This document shows positions 19,006 through 29,614 of a stretch of DNA of 64,000 nt, piece by piece. The stretch is taken from the NCBI GenBank assembly GCA_963718895.1, contig CAVRAG010000008.1, positions 608,001 to 672,000 on the forward strand, read 5' to 3'. Under the pieces are notes generated by a model. That model was not told where the DNA came from. It worked only from the letters and a program-made list of their open reading frames with translations, and searched no databases. Positions within the stretch are counted from its first letter, which is position 1. Every line of letters starts with the position of its first letter. The translations under genes were made by a program, and so were the position numbers. This DNA comes from an uncultured Nitrososphaerota archaeon. GTDB lineage: Archaea > Thermoproteota > Nitrososphaeria > Nitrososphaerales > Gagatemarchaeaceae.

Positions 19006-19701
19006 GTGAAGAAGTGGGGAACGCTGAGCAAGACTGAGATCGCATCGGGTGAGACCTGCTACGTTCCGTGTGACGGGCCTTACGATACCTTAGATCAATA
19101 CTTCAAGAGACAGTCATCGAACAGATTCACCTTCAAGTTGAGAAAATCCTTCCAAGGCATGAGCAGATACACGCGCACTACTCCTCTGCTGGTCGATGTC
19201 ATCGCTAACGAGTCCTCGACGAACTGCAAGGCCAAAGCGGTGGTTATTCCCCTCGGCGACAGAGAGGTGCAGGCATACTGGCAACCTCGCGACCTGCTCT
19301 CAATTGACCTGAATCAGGGCGAGACGGCAAGGGTGGAACTGGCGCAATTGGCGAACCCGCTGCTGACGGAGATCTCCAACTACGAGAGCGCGCTCAAGAA
19401 GGAAAAAGACGCCACGGTGATTGAGCACGTCAAGATGCGGCTACAGCAAACATATGAGAACGCGGCCAGACAAAACCCCGTCTGCTTCGTCAGGACTCCT
19501 GATGTAGAGGGAGGTAATGCGTGGGGCGTCGATGGCTTGGTCGTCTACATCCTCATTCTCACCGTCTACTCTGCTGGCGGGTTGGGCTGGTTCCCATTCC
19601 TCCTCCTGAGAAAGCACCTGGAAGAGAGCGAGATGGTGCCGATTATCAAGTACGAATCGAAGAGAATCCAATGGACGGGGAAGGACTTCTACACAGAGTA
19701 G
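19006..19701 (+). CDS. Hypothetical cargo protein
   Basis: 231-aa ORF convergent with integrase. Confidence 0.55.
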   Translation: MKKWGTLSKTEIASGETCYVPCDGPYDTLDQYFKRQSSNRFTFKLRKSFQGMSRYTRTTPLLVDVIANESSTNCKAKAVVIPLGDREVQAYWQPRDLLSIDLNQGETARVELAQLANPLLTEISNYESALKKEKDATVIEHVKMRLQQTYENAARQNPVCFVRTPDVEGGNAWGVDGLVVYILILTVYSAGGLGWFPFLLLRKHLEESEMVPIIKYESKRIQWTGKDFYTE

Positions 19702-19710
19702 CTTTGTCGG

Positions 19711-21024
19711 TCAGAAGGGAATCTTGACTATCGCCTCGTCATTCGGGAGGGACGCGACGTACTCGAAGCCCTGGCCGATGTATGATCTCACTTCTTGAAT
19801 GGGTATGACTTTCTGCCTTGAGCCGTTGCTTGTCATCATACCGACGAGTCGCTTCCTGACAAGGCTCTGAAGCTCCTCGTTCGTCATGTCGTCCAGGTTC
19901 ATGTTCTCTATCTCTTCCTTCTGGAATCCGGCCACAAGCAGGAACTGCTCCTTGAAGGTGCGCTTGATCTTATCCTCGCTGACCGATTCGGACTTTGTCT
20001 GTAGAAGCTCGCCGACCTTCTTATAGGACTCTCTCATGTCTTCCACGACGCTATCGGGCAGCCTGTTCTTGTTTGTCGTGTATTGGGCCTCAATATCACC
20101 CGTATGACCCATCCAGAACTGCTGGTAGGCGTGGCTCACCAGTCCCTTGCTCTCGGAGAGCATTAGAGTGGTGTCAAAGTAGGTGCGGAAGACGTACGGC
20201 CTCCATGGCAGCTGCACCGCCCTCATCGCCTTCCGTACCTCATCACCTATCTTCGTCGTCCTGAGGAAGGGAGAACGGTCAGAGGCGTTCAGCTGCGCGC
20301 TCTTCCTGGCCTGCGCAGGGGTGGTGGCGACTATTCCCGAGTCGGGACTAAGAGATTCGCCTTCTGACATCCTCCTTTCGAGGTACTCCCTGATGATCTC
20401 GCAGCCTTCTTCGCACATGAAGGTTAGATACCGACGCCTGACCTTGCTCAGCTCCTCCCTCACCACAATGACGGTGGGAACCTTAGCAAAACTGACCTTT
20501 CCATCGCTTAGCTCCATCTCTGGGAAATCCTTGACCCGAAGACCATCAAGACCAAGATAGTCGCCGAGAACCTCTAGCCTGACGCCCGAAAAGCCGATCA
20601 GCGATATGGATGCTCTAGCCCTGAGAGAAGTCATATCGCTGTACAGGACGCGCTTCAGTTCGTCTTTCGTTGGCGCCCTTTCATTCTCAAGGGTCGGGCG
20701 TTTGTTTGGATTGGATATCTTGATCTTCCTCTGGAACGGCTTCCTATTCCAGTTTGCCCAGCTTCTCACCACCTTGAGAAGAGAGCCCAGGTAGCCGGGA
20801 GAATATTTTGCTTCGAACTCATCGATGAAGTCCTGCGTCATGTCTTCGATCTTCTCCAACGGTAGCTCTGCGAACTGCTTCGGTGTCATCTTTGCGTATT
20901 CACAGAACCGCCCGAGTGCTCTGAGGTATATTTCGGCGGAGATTACGCTTCCTTTCCTGATGTTGCTGTACCAGCGCTTCAGGTTGGGATCGTCCAGCAG
21001 ATTGGGCCTGGCCCTTCTCGCCAT
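19711..21024 (-). CDS. Tyrosine recombinase/integrase
   Basis: SGVR, RPYVFR (YxxR), WMGH, EAQY; adjacent to tRNA. Confidence 0.92.
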   Translation of the reverse strand: MARRARPNLLDDPNLKRWYSNIRKGSVISAEIYLRALGRFCEYAKMTPKQFAELPLEKIEDMTQDFIDEFEAKYSPGYLGSLLKVVRSWANWNRKPFQRKIKISNPNKRPTLENERAPTKDELKRVLYSDMTSLRARASISLIGFSGVRLEVLGDYLGLDGLRVKDFPEMELSDGKVSFAKVPTVIVVREELSKVRRRYLTFMCEEGCEIIREYLERRMSEGESLSPDSGIVATTPAQARKSAQLNASDRSPFLRTTKIGDEVRKAMRAVQLPWRPYVFRTYFDTTLMLSESKGLVSHAYQQFWMGHTGDIEAQYTTNKNRLPDSVVEDMRESYKKVGELLQTKSESVSEDKIKRTFKEQFLLVAGFQKEEIENMNLDDMTNEELQSLVRKRLVGMMTSNGSRQKVIPIQEVRSYIGQGFEYVASLPNDEAIVKIPF

Positions 21025-21076
21025 GGGAGAAGGTCAGTTAGCCCGGGCTAATATAGGTTTATACCTAAAATAGGAG

Positions 21077-21184
21077 TGCCCCGGGCGGGATTTGAACCCG
21101 CGCTCATCGACTCGAAAGGCCGACATACTCTCGACACTTCTCTGTTTGACCGGGCTATACGCAGAGGCTCTGTACTACCGGGGC
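21077..21184 (-). tRNA. tRNA-Glu(TTC) with two non-canonical D-arm introns
   Basis: Removing about 15 nt and 17 nt inserts gives a 76-nt cloverleaf: GCCCCGG/CCGGGGC, TCGGC-CTTTCGA-GTCGA, GCGGG-TTCAAAT-CCCGC. Confidence 0.88.
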
Positions 21185-21208
21185 TGAGCACCCCTTCAGG
21201 CTCTTGGA

Positions 21209-21913
21209 TTAGAGCCTTTTGGGAGGGAACTCAAGGAAGCACCACTCTCCGAGCCCTTCGGCTGTCGGGAACCCAGGGGGAGACCCTGTCCTTACTCTGA
21301 TCAGCGACGATCTAGGTAGGTAGCAGCTCCTTGGAGACGAACTGGAGACCGTTCGCAGCATAGAGGCGAACTCGCCAGCTGGTACGGACGAGCGGTAGTA
21401 CTGCATCCCACCAACCAGGAGAACCGAGCAGCCCTCGGTTGGGTAGTCTGTGACGCACTCTACGTTCTGGTCCGAGTCGAGGAGGGCCTCCGAGACGGCC
21501 GCCTTCTCGTCCGGGGTCAGTCCGGACAGACCGCTCCGCCTGAGCTCAGTCCAGATCCGGAGGCCCTCCATCCTGGGGAAGAGCTGGAGCTCGAACCCGT
21601 CATTCAGCTTCTTCGCCGTGAAGTAGGGATTCCCTTCGACCGGTTCACGCGGGATGCTGAGCAGGCTCGGCATGGCCGGGGCGAGAGCATCGAGCAGCTC
21701 GCCGCTCGACCAAGCGAGGCCTGACCTGAGAATCGTCATCCTGCGGAAGCGGTCCTCCGCATTGAGAGTGTACCCGTCGTTCTTGACGCGAAAGCCCTTG
21801 GTCGCCAGACGCTTCTCAAGGGCCTGTAGCTGTCGCGAGGTGAGTTTGGGAAGAGGAAGGTAGTATCGTTCCAGGCCCTCCAAGTAGATCTGGTGTACTT
21901 CGTACCGGGGCAA
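21209..21913 (-). CDS. Hypothetical protein
   Basis: 234-aa ORF, TTG start, TATA-like element upstream. Confidence 0.65.
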   Translation of the reverse strand: MPRYEVHQIYLEGLERYYLPLPKLTSRQLQALEKRLATKGFRVKNDGYTLNAEDRFRRMTILRSGLAWSSGELLDALAPAMPSLLSIPREPVEGNPYFTAKKLNDGFELQLFPRMEGLRIWTELRRSGLSGLTPDEKAAVSEALLDSDQNVECVTDYPTEGCSVLLVGGMQYYRSSVPAGEFASMLRTVSSSSPRSCYLPRSSLIRVRTGSPPGFPTAEGLGEWCFLEFPPKRL

Positions 21914-22047
21914 CGGCGTCCCAGTCTCATCCCCGAGTTAAGAACGGCACCGTCCATCATCGTCGGGCGAAGGGTGGGCAACAAACAGGTCGTTCACGAA
22001 TTGTTAAATAACAACTGAGGAGGGTAGGGACGAAAAGGTTTCAATTT

Positions 22048-22905
22048 TTGGTTGAGAGGGACCCGGCGTTCTTAGATGAGATTACGCTCAAGACGAAGGA
22101 TTATCTCGATCGTTCCAGCATCGCCATCGACAGGGAGCTGGAGCGTTACTCGAGTTCCCGGTTCTTCGGGCCTCTGAAGTACGCGCTCGAGGGGGGCAAG
22201 AGGATAAGGCCTGTCATCGCGCTCCTCTCTGCCGAATCCGTCGGCTCGAAGGACGACAGCGTGCTGGACGCCGCGGTTGCCGTGGAGCTTCTCCACGCAG
22301 AGTCGATCATCCACGACGACATAATAGACCAGGAGGTCGCTAGGAGGGGGAAGGCCGCCTTCCACGTGAGATACGGCTACAGCGCCTCGCTCCTCACGGC
22401 GGATTTCGTCTTCGCCATGATCCTCGCCATCTCGTCGAGATACCCCGACAGGAGGGTCGCGCACACTCTGAGCAAGGCCGCTCTGCAGATGTGCGAGGGC
22501 GAGTACATGGAGCTGACGATAGACCCGATAACGTACAAGCTAGGTTGGGACGAGTACATCGACATAATCTACAACAAGACCGGAGCGCTCTTCCAGACCG
22601 CGACGAAGCTGGGCGCAATAATCGGCGGTGGGACCAACGAACAGATCGAGGCCCTCTCCGGGTACGGAAAGTACCTGGGCATCGCCTACCAGGTCCACGA
22701 CGACCTGCTGGACTGGGGGGCAAAGGACAAGGTCACGCTCGCGCTCAAGCAGGGGAATGAGGAGAGCTCGATACTGACAGAACTGAGGTCACTTACCAGG
22801 AGCTACTCGAAGAAGGCCAAGGAGCAGCTTTCTCTTCTTCCCGACGGCAAGGCGCGGGGACTCCTCTGGGAGCTGACGGATTTCTCGGTCCAGCGAGACT
22901 TTTAG
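22048..22905 (+). CDS. Polyprenyl (geranylgeranyl) diphosphate synthase
   Basis: GGKRIRP, HDDIID..RRG, KTG, YQVHDDLLD. Confidence 0.93.
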   Translation: MVERDPAFLDEITLKTKDYLDRSSIAIDRELERYSSSRFFGPLKYALEGGKRIRPVIALLSAESVGSKDDSVLDAAVAVELLHAESIIHDDIIDQEVARRGKAAFHVRYGYSASLLTADFVFAMILAISSRYPDRRVAHTLSKAALQMCEGEYMELTIDPITYKLGWDEYIDIIYNKTGALFQTATKLGAIIGGGTNEQIEALSGYGKYLGIAYQVHDDLLDWGAKDKVTLALKQGNEESSILTELRSLTRSYSKKAKEQLSLLPDGKARGLLWELTDFSVQRDF

Positions 22906-22906
22906 G

Positions 22907-24382
22907 TCAGTGAGGGACAATCGAGGGCACGGCGCCCTGCGAGAATCCGATCCCGACCTGTGGAAAGACACCCAGGCCGATCATCAGCGCGACCAGGACC
23001 GCAAAGACCGCGACGTACAGGATGGGTTCGTTGATCCTTTCGGCGCTGGCAGGCTCGTCCATGTACATTCTCTTCACAATCCACACGTAGTACCCCAGGC
23101 TGAAGGCGCTGTTCAGCAGACCCGCGACCGCCAGCCAGGCGTAGGGACCGTTTACGACCGAGAGGAAGAGAAGGAGCTTGCTCCAGAACCCGTTCAGGGG
23201 AGGGACGCCCGCCAGGGCGAGCATGGAGACAGCGACAGTGAACGCCGTGACGGGGGCTCGCTTCGCAAGTCCTTCGAAGGCGGAGACATCTGCACGGCTG
23301 AGCGAGGTGAGCACGAGCGCCACGGCCACGAACGCCGCAGTGGCCATGATTGAGTGGTTGATGATCTGGAACAGGGCCCCCGCCATCCCGAGGGTGCCCT
23401 CCTTCGCGAAAGAAGGGTTCTGCTGCGCGTAGGAGAAGATGACGAACCCTATCAGGATGTACCCGGCCTGGGCTATGCTGGAGTAGGCCAACAGCCGGGT
23501 CATGGACTTCTGAGTCAGCGCGGCCATGTTGCCGAGTGTCATGGTCAAGAGGGCCAGCACCGCGAGGACATTCGCCACCGTAAAGACCGGATTCTGAGTG
23601 ACGACGTACACCGTCGATACCGCGAGCACGACCCGGATCGCGGCGGAGAACCCGGCCTTCTTGGTCGCCGCTGCCAGCAGCGTAGTGACAGTGATCGGAG
23701 CGCCCTCGTACGTGTCCGGCACCCACATGTGGAAGGGCACAATCGACATCTTGAAGCCGAAGCCTACGATGAACAGGAGGACTGCGACCAGGGTTATCGG
23801 ATTGGAGGTCTGAGTAGCCATTGCGCCGACGACCGTGACGATCCGGGTGCTTCCGGCCAGACCGTAGCTCAGGCTGATGGCGTACAGGATTATCGCCGAG
23901 GAGAGGGCGCCTATGATGGCGTATTTTGCGGAGGCCTCGTTGGACTCCTCCCGCTGTTTGTCGAAACCCGCCAGCGCGTAGGTCGGCAGGCTCATGAGCT
24001 CCCAGGCGACGAAGAGCATCAGGAGGTCGGCTGAATAGGAGAGGAAGAGCATGCCGAGAGCGGAGAAGGAGAGGAGCGAGAAGTAGAGAGGCCCGTTCGT
24101 CCTGTCGGCAATCGTTGGAACGGAGACCAGCGCTACCGCGAGGGTCACCGAGAGGGTAACCAAGGCGAAGAGGCCCCCAAGGCTGTCGGAGCTGAGAAGG
24201 TTGCCGAAATCGCCCGCGGGCTGGGGAGAGAGCGTGTTCAGCGCGACGAACAGCAGCGCCAGGGAGAGAGCAAGCACCAGGAGGTATCCGGGTAGCCTCC
24301 TCCGCGTCCCGGAGAGCTGGAAGAACGGGAGGCCGAGGGAGGAAGCCGCGAGCGAGACTGCGGCGAGGAGTATCAGGTCCAT
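22907..24382 (-). CDS. nuoN: NADH-quinone oxidoreductase subunit N
   Basis: EASAKY, FKMSIVPFHMWVPDTYEGAP, RLLAYSSIAQAGY. Confidence 0.93.
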   Translation of the reverse strand: MDLILLAAVSLAASSLGLPFFQLSGTRRRLPGYLLVLALSLALLFVALNTLSPQPAGDFGNLLSSDSLGGLFALVTLSVTLAVALVSVPTIADRTNGPLYFSLLSFSALGMLFLSYSADLLMLFVAWELMSLPTYALAGFDKQREESNEASAKYAIIGALSSAIILYAISLSYGLAGSTRIVTVVGAMATQTSNPITLVAVLLFIVGFGFKMSIVPFHMWVPDTYEGAPITVTTLLAAATKKAGFSAAIRVVLAVSTVYVVTQNPVFTVANVLAVLALLTMTLGNMAALTQKSMTRLLAYSSIAQAGYILIGFVIFSYAQQNPSFAKEGTLGMAGALFQIINHSIMATAAFVAVALVLTSLSRADVSAFEGLAKRAPVTAFTVAVSMLALAGVPPLNGFWSKLLLFLSVVNGPYAWLAVAGLLNSAFSLGYYVWIVKRMYMDEPASAERINEPILYVAVFAVLVALMIGLGVFPQVGIGFSQGAVPSIVPH

Positions 24383-24385
24383 CTA

Positions 24386-25876
24386 CTACGCACCCTCCAC
24401 CAGATGGACGACCCACTGCGCGACGGGAGCCGCGGGAGCAAGGATCAGGGAGGAGAAGACGAGCAGCACCAGGAGGGGGACGAAGCACAACGCGAAGGCC
24501 GCCGCGTCAGACCATTCGATGTCCCTGATCTTCGCCCCGGGCTCCGAGGGGGAGAGGACGACGCGTTTGATCATCCAGAGCAGGTAGCCTCCAGTCAGGA
24601 CCGGCGCAATCACCACGAAGGCGGTATAGGAGTTCGCGGCGATGCCGCCTGCGACGACGAAGAGTTCGGCGAGGAAGCTCGAGAAGGGTGGAAGCGCCAT
24701 GGCGGCCGCGCTCGCGATGACCAGGAGTCCGGCTGTGCGGGGCATGACGTCGCGCAGGCCCTTCAGGTTCGCAAGCTGCGTCGTGCCTGCCTGCTGTCCC
24801 ACGTAGCCCGCGATCATGAAGAGCGAGCCCGCCGTGAAGGCGTGGACGAACATCTGGAACACGGCCCCTTCCATCCCGAGCAGGTTGCCGGTCGCCACCG
24901 TCGCGAACGCCCCGAAGACGACGAAGCCCATGTGATTCAGGCTCGTGAAGGCGAACATGCGCTTGAGCTCATTGGCCCTCAGAGCGACCAGGGCGCCGTA
25001 GAGCATCGTGGCTATCCCGACCAGCATGAACCCCCAGGCCCACTGGTGCGCGGCCTGAGGGAAGAGCCCGATGCTGATACGGATCAGGCCGTACCCGCCC
25101 AGCGCGGACTGGATCCCAGCCAGGAGCGTCGTGACCGGCGAGGGAGCTTGGACGTATGCGTCCTGAAGCCACCCGTGAAACGGGACGACCGGGAGCTTGA
25201 CTCCGAAGCCGATGAAGGAGGCTAGAAGGGGGAGGTACTGCAGGTCTTGGGGAACCCTGCCCGCCAGCTGGGGGATATCGAACGACGACGAGAAGGGACT
25301 TGCGTCGAGGTAGGCCGAGAAGAAGGCGAGCAGCATCATAGTGCTTCCGGCGAAGATGAAGATCATGAACTTCATGGCGGCGTAGGCCCTCTTGTCGCCA
25401 CCCCAGATTCCGATGAGGAAGAACATCGGAATCGTCACGAGGTCCCAGAAGACATAGAAGAGGACGAGGTTGAGGGAAGTGAAGACGCCGATTATCGCCG
25501 CCTCAAAGAGGAGAATGAGCGCGAGGTAGGACGGGAGCTTTTCGTTGACAAGCTTCCTGGATCCGAGAACGACGAAGAGGGTGAGGATCGCAGCCGCCAG
25601 GATGAGCGGAGAGCTGAGGCCGTCGACACCAAGGAAGATATCGATGCTGAAGCTGGTCGTGCTGACCCACTGAAGCCTCTCCTGGAACGCGTACTGGCCC
25701 GCCAGCGGCACCTTCGCGCTCACGGACCAGAACGTGTAGACAGCGACCGAGAGGACGACCAGAGCGATCAGCAGGGTCGTCGCCACGCCAGCCCTCCGGT
25801 TGCTCCTGGTCAGGAGATAGGCGAGGGGCGACCCGGCCATTGGAATGAAGACCAGGAGCGCCAGGATCGGGATCAT
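24386..25876 (-). CDS. nuoM: NADH-quinone oxidoreductase subunit M (second copy)
   Basis: LGVDGLS, IPMFFLIGIWG, AAMKF, VKLPVVPFHGWL. Confidence 0.9.
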   Translation of the reverse strand: MIPILALLVFIPMAGSPLAYLLTRSNRRAGVATTLLIALVVLSVAVYTFWSVSAKVPLAGQYAFQERLQWVSTTSFSIDIFLGVDGLSSPLILAAAILTLFVVLGSRKLVNEKLPSYLALILLFEAAIIGVFTSLNLVLFYVFWDLVTIPMFFLIGIWGGDKRAYAAMKFMIFIFAGSTMMLLAFFSAYLDASPFSSSFDIPQLAGRVPQDLQYLPLLASFIGFGVKLPVVPFHGWLQDAYVQAPSPVTTLLAGIQSALGGYGLIRISIGLFPQAAHQWAWGFMLVGIATMLYGALVALRANELKRMFAFTSLNHMGFVVFGAFATVATGNLLGMEGAVFQMFVHAFTAGSLFMIAGYVGQQAGTTQLANLKGLRDVMPRTAGLLVIASAAAMALPPFSSFLAELFVVAGGIAANSYTAFVVIAPVLTGGYLLWMIKRVVLSPSEPGAKIRDIEWSDAAAFALCFVPLLVLLVFSSLILAPAAPVAQWVVHLVEGA

Positions 25877-28027
25877 ATTCCTGTTTGCAACCCCGTCAGG
25901 ACGATCAGGAGCAAGAGAAGCGCCACCAGCCCGAGCGCGAGCACGAGCGCGTAGGATTCGACGACCCCGGTCTGCATCTTCCGGAAGACTCGTGAGAGGT
26001 ACTGGCCCCCGTCGGAGAAGCGGTTGGTCACCACGTCGATGACGTGCCTGTCGAACCAGACTCCCGCCCCTGATAGGTCGAGTCCCAGCGCCTCGCCCCC
26101 TGTGTTCACCTTCTGGAGGACTCCCTGCTCAAAGTGGACCGCCAACCAGTTCGACGCGTCCAGGGGCACGTCCACGAACACTCTGTAGTATACCGCGTTG
26201 ATGTACCACCGTTTCTCAAGGAACCCTCGGACGCCCCTCATCGACACAGAGCTCTCCACGATCTCAAGGGCCGAGGAGCGGCGCAGGACGTAGATCCAGG
26301 TCGCGGCCAGCGCGCCGACGGCCACGACCGCCAGGGTCAGCAGCCCCGGAAGTACCTCGAACGAAGGGGCGGGGCTCGTCAGACCAGCCGTGAATCCCTG
26401 CGTGAAGAGCGACCCGAGGTAGGTGTCGGCGGCAGAGGCGAGCGACCCCTCCAGCCCGAAGAACGCCAGGAGCCCCAGTGCCACTGTCCCCGAAGCCAGG
26501 AGGAGATAGGGCGCAAGGCTCAGCGCACCCGGCTCCTGAATCCCGCGGCCCTCCCTGTCCGATCCGGCGAGGTGCGCGCTCCGCTGGCCGAAGAAGACTA
26601 TTCCGAGCAGGCGGAACGCGTAGAAGGCCGTGATGCCCGCTGTGAGCGACCCCACAATGAAGAGCCCCGTCTGGCCGGAGTTCCATGCCAGGGCCAAGAC
26701 AGCATCCTTGCTCCAGAAGCCGCTCAGCGGAGGTATGCCGGAGAGGGACGCGACCGCGATCAGGAATACGCGCGAAGGTAAGCTTCAGCCTATCCTTCAT
26801 GCCGCCCATGTCGCTGATGTACTTGGAGTGGGCTGAGTGGATGAGCACCCCTGCCATGAGGAAGAGCGCAGCCTTGAAGACGGCGTGGCTGATCAGCTGG
26901 AAGAGGCCTGCCGAAAGGCCCTGGGCGAAGTACCCTGCGTAGAGCCCGGCGAGGCCCAGCGCCATCATCATGTAACCGATCTGCGAGACGGTCGAGTAGG
27001 CGAGGATCTTCTTGAGCTCGTGGCCGACGAGGGCCTGAGTCGCGGCCAGGAACGCCGTGAATGCTCCTATCCAGGCGACTGCCACGAAAAACGGCTGGAT
27101 CAGCGAGGGGTTAGAGGCCACCACGAAGTAGAAGATGGGGCCAATCCTCGCCACGAGGACCACGCCGGCATTCACCATCGTGGCCGCGTGGATGAGTGCC
27201 GAGACGGGGGCGGGGCCGGCCATGGCGTCCGGGAGCCACTCCTGGAGCGGGAACTGCGCAGACTTGCCGATGGCCCCTCCGAGTATCAGGAGAGCGGCCG
27301 GGACCAATAGGCCGTTCTTCGAGAGGGCGACGGCCCAGCTTGACGACGACGCGAGCTGGTGGTAGTTGAACGTCCCGGCGTAGACGAAGAGGATGAGGAT
27401 CCCGGCGAGCATGGCGATGTCCCCGATGCGCGTCATGAAGAACGCCTTCATGCCCGCGTGCGATGGCGGGTAGGCCTGCTCCTCGCCGAGTGCCTTGGAC
27501 CCGGGAGTCCCTACCCAGTTCTCTATTTCGTCCCTGTAGTAGTAGCCGATTAGCGCGTAGCTGCACAGGCCGACGCCCTCCCATCCGATGAAGAGGGAGA
27601 GCAGGTTGTCGGAGAGGACGATGAGCTGCATGCTGCCGATGAAGAAGTTCATGAAAAACCAGTACCTCGAGAGTCCGCTGTCGCCCTTCATGTAGTCCAG
27701 GCTGTAGACCATCACCAGGAAGCTGATCCACGCGACGAGGTTGGCGATGACCAGCGTGTACGGGTCTGATAGGACGCCGACGTTGATCCCCAGCTCTGGA
27801 ACCCATGGCAGCGAGGTAGGGATGAGCGAGTTGTATACTGAAAGCGTCTGCCCCTCGATGACGGGCACGAGAAGGGAGAGCGCGAAGAGGGCGGAGACGA
27901 GCGAGAATCCGACGGCGACGTAGTCCCTCAGCCTCGACCTCCCCGTCAGGGGGGTCAGGAGGGCGCCCAGGAAGGGGGCGACGAAGACCATCCAGATGAA
28001 GTAAGAGGGTACGCTCGCGACAGGCAT
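25873..28027 (-). CDS. nuoL: NADH-quinone oxidoreductase subunit L (one frameshift near 26772)
   Basis: GWEGVGLCSY, GKSAQFPLQEWLPDAMAGP, HAVFKA; GFWSKD..QTG continues in shifted frame. Confidence 0.92.
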
Positions 28028-28029
28028 CG

Positions 28030-29538
28030 TCAGAGGCCTCCGAGCGGCAGGGTGCTCGCGTAGTGATAGAGGAACCTGAAGAAGAGGTCAGGGTAGATCC
28101 CGATAACAATCGACAGTCCGGCTAGGAAGAGGAGCGGCACCGTCATCGTGAGAGGAGCCTCCTTGACCTGGGCGAGCTCGGCAGGCAGCGCGCCGAAGAA
28201 CATCCGGCGGAGAGGCCAGAACGTGTACGCCACTGTGAGGATCGTCGCCGCGATGCCGAAGATCGCGACCACGAAACTCCAGCCGAGCGGACCGGTTGTG
28301 CCGCGGCTGAAGACCCCGGCGAAGAGAATCCACTCGCCCTGGAATCCGCCCGTGGGCGGGACGGCCGAGAGTATCATCGACCCGAGGACGCACAGGGTGG
28401 CGGTCACCGGCATTCTGGCCGCCAGACCACCCATCTTCCGCATGTCCCTCGTGCCTACTTGGCTGATCAGGATGCCCGCGACGCAGAAGAGTATCGTCTT
28501 GCCGATGATGTGGTTAAGGAAGTAGAAAATCCCGCCCGAGACCCCGAGGAGGCTGAGGCTGCCTATCCCGAGCAACGAGTACGCGTTCTGACTAATCGTC
28601 GACCAGGCATAGAGGTACTTGACGTCGTTCTGGACCATCGTTAGAGCCCCTCCGTAGACCATGGTGATGAGGGCCACCACCATCAGCGGGAACGCGAACG
28701 GGGCGAAGATGGTTGGCATCCCCTGCACCAGCAGCCTCACCACGACGTAGTTCCCGACCCCTACGATGGTCACGATGAACGGAGCGAACGAGGTGGGGTG
28801 CTCCGCGTGGGCGGTGGGGAGCCACATGTGGACACCGAAGACTGCCATCTTGACCAGCCAGCCGAGAAGTATCAGCCCGGCGGCCCAGTAGGCGACGGTG
28901 CCGGGTTGCAGTTTCCCGAGGGCGGATATCTCGAAGCTTCCCGTACCTACGTACGCGAGTATTATCCCTGCGAAGAAGACGAAAGCTCCGATGTGGTTCC
29001 AGATGAAGTACATTATCGCAGTTCTCTCCTTGTTCGTGTAGCCGAAGAGGGCGACCATGAACGCTGATGGGATCAGCATGAGCTCCACGAAGAGGTAGAG
29101 CTCGATCAGGTTCGTCGCGAGCGCGACGCCGATCAGCCCGGCATCAAGAAGCATGAAGTTGATGAAGTAGAGGGAGTACTGGCTTTTCTTCTCCTCCCCG
29201 TACATCGCCTCCAGTCTGTGCTTCATGTAGTCCATGGAGTAGATGGCGGTCGTCGCGACTACGATGTTCATCACGAGCGCGACCGGGAGGCTCAGGTTGT
29301 CCGCGAGGAACCCGAAGTTAAGGCCCGCGATGGGCGCCCAGACATAGTTCTCGGTGACCTGCGCGCCGCCGTTGAAGAGTCCGGTGCCGACCGAGACCAT
29401 GAGAATCGTCGTGTAGAGGAGAGACCCGAAGGCTATCCAACCCACCTTCTTCCCCATGCGACCACCCAAGAAGAAGACAACCGCCGCGAACACCAGAGGA
29501 ACGGCCACCATCTGGAGGAGGACGTAGGGAATCGTCAA
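28030..29538 (-). CDS. nuoM: NADH-quinone oxidoreductase subunit M (first copy)
   Basis: FVELMLIP, VKMAVFGVHMWLPTAHAEHPT, MGGLA. Confidence 0.88.
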   Translation of the reverse strand: MTIPYVLLQMVAVPLVFAAVVFFLGGRMGKKVGWIAFGSLLYTTILMVSVGTGLFNGGAQVTENYVWAPIAGLNFGFLADNLSLPVALVMNIVVATTAIYSMDYMKHRLEAMYGEEKKSQYSLYFINFMLLDAGLIGVALATNLIELYLFVELMLIPSAFMVALFGYTNKERTAIMYFIWNHIGAFVFFAGIILAYVGTGSFEISALGKLQPGTVAYWAAGLILLGWLVKMAVFGVHMWLPTAHAEHPTSFAPFIVTIVGVGNYVVVRLLVQGMPTIFAPFAFPLMVVALITMVYGGALTMVQNDVKYLYAWSTISQNAYSLLGIGSLSLLGVSGGIFYFLNHIIGKTILFCVAGILISQVGTRDMRKMGGLAARMPVTATLCVLGSMILSAVPPTGGFQGEWILFAGVFSRGTTGPLGWSFVVAIFGIAATILTVAYTFWPLRRMFFGALPAELAQVKEAPLTMTVPLLFLAGLSIVIGIYPDLFFRFLYHYASTLPLGGL

Positions 29539-29614
29539 TCAGGTCGGCTCCTCATGGATGCCGCTGCAGTCGCTCCCCGCGAGACGATATCCCAGTCGAA
29601 GGCCTGGAACGTCT

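Larger units (their letters stand above)
17746..21093. mobile_element. About 3.3-kb tRNA-integrated element (decayed)
   Basis: Integrase next to tRNA 3' end, att repeat, visibly lower GC, gene fragments. Confidence 0.75.

Noticed and set aside
22902-24488. 528-aa ORF overlapping nuoN; also 36739..37737 and 62667..63620
   Set aside because: Arg/Pro-rich off-frame or antisense ORFs typical of high GC3
25873-28027. nuoL, nuoI and Gfo/Idh/MocA as pseudogenes or programmed frameshifts
   Set aside because: Single-base insertions with a common signature, no slippery heptamer and no other decay
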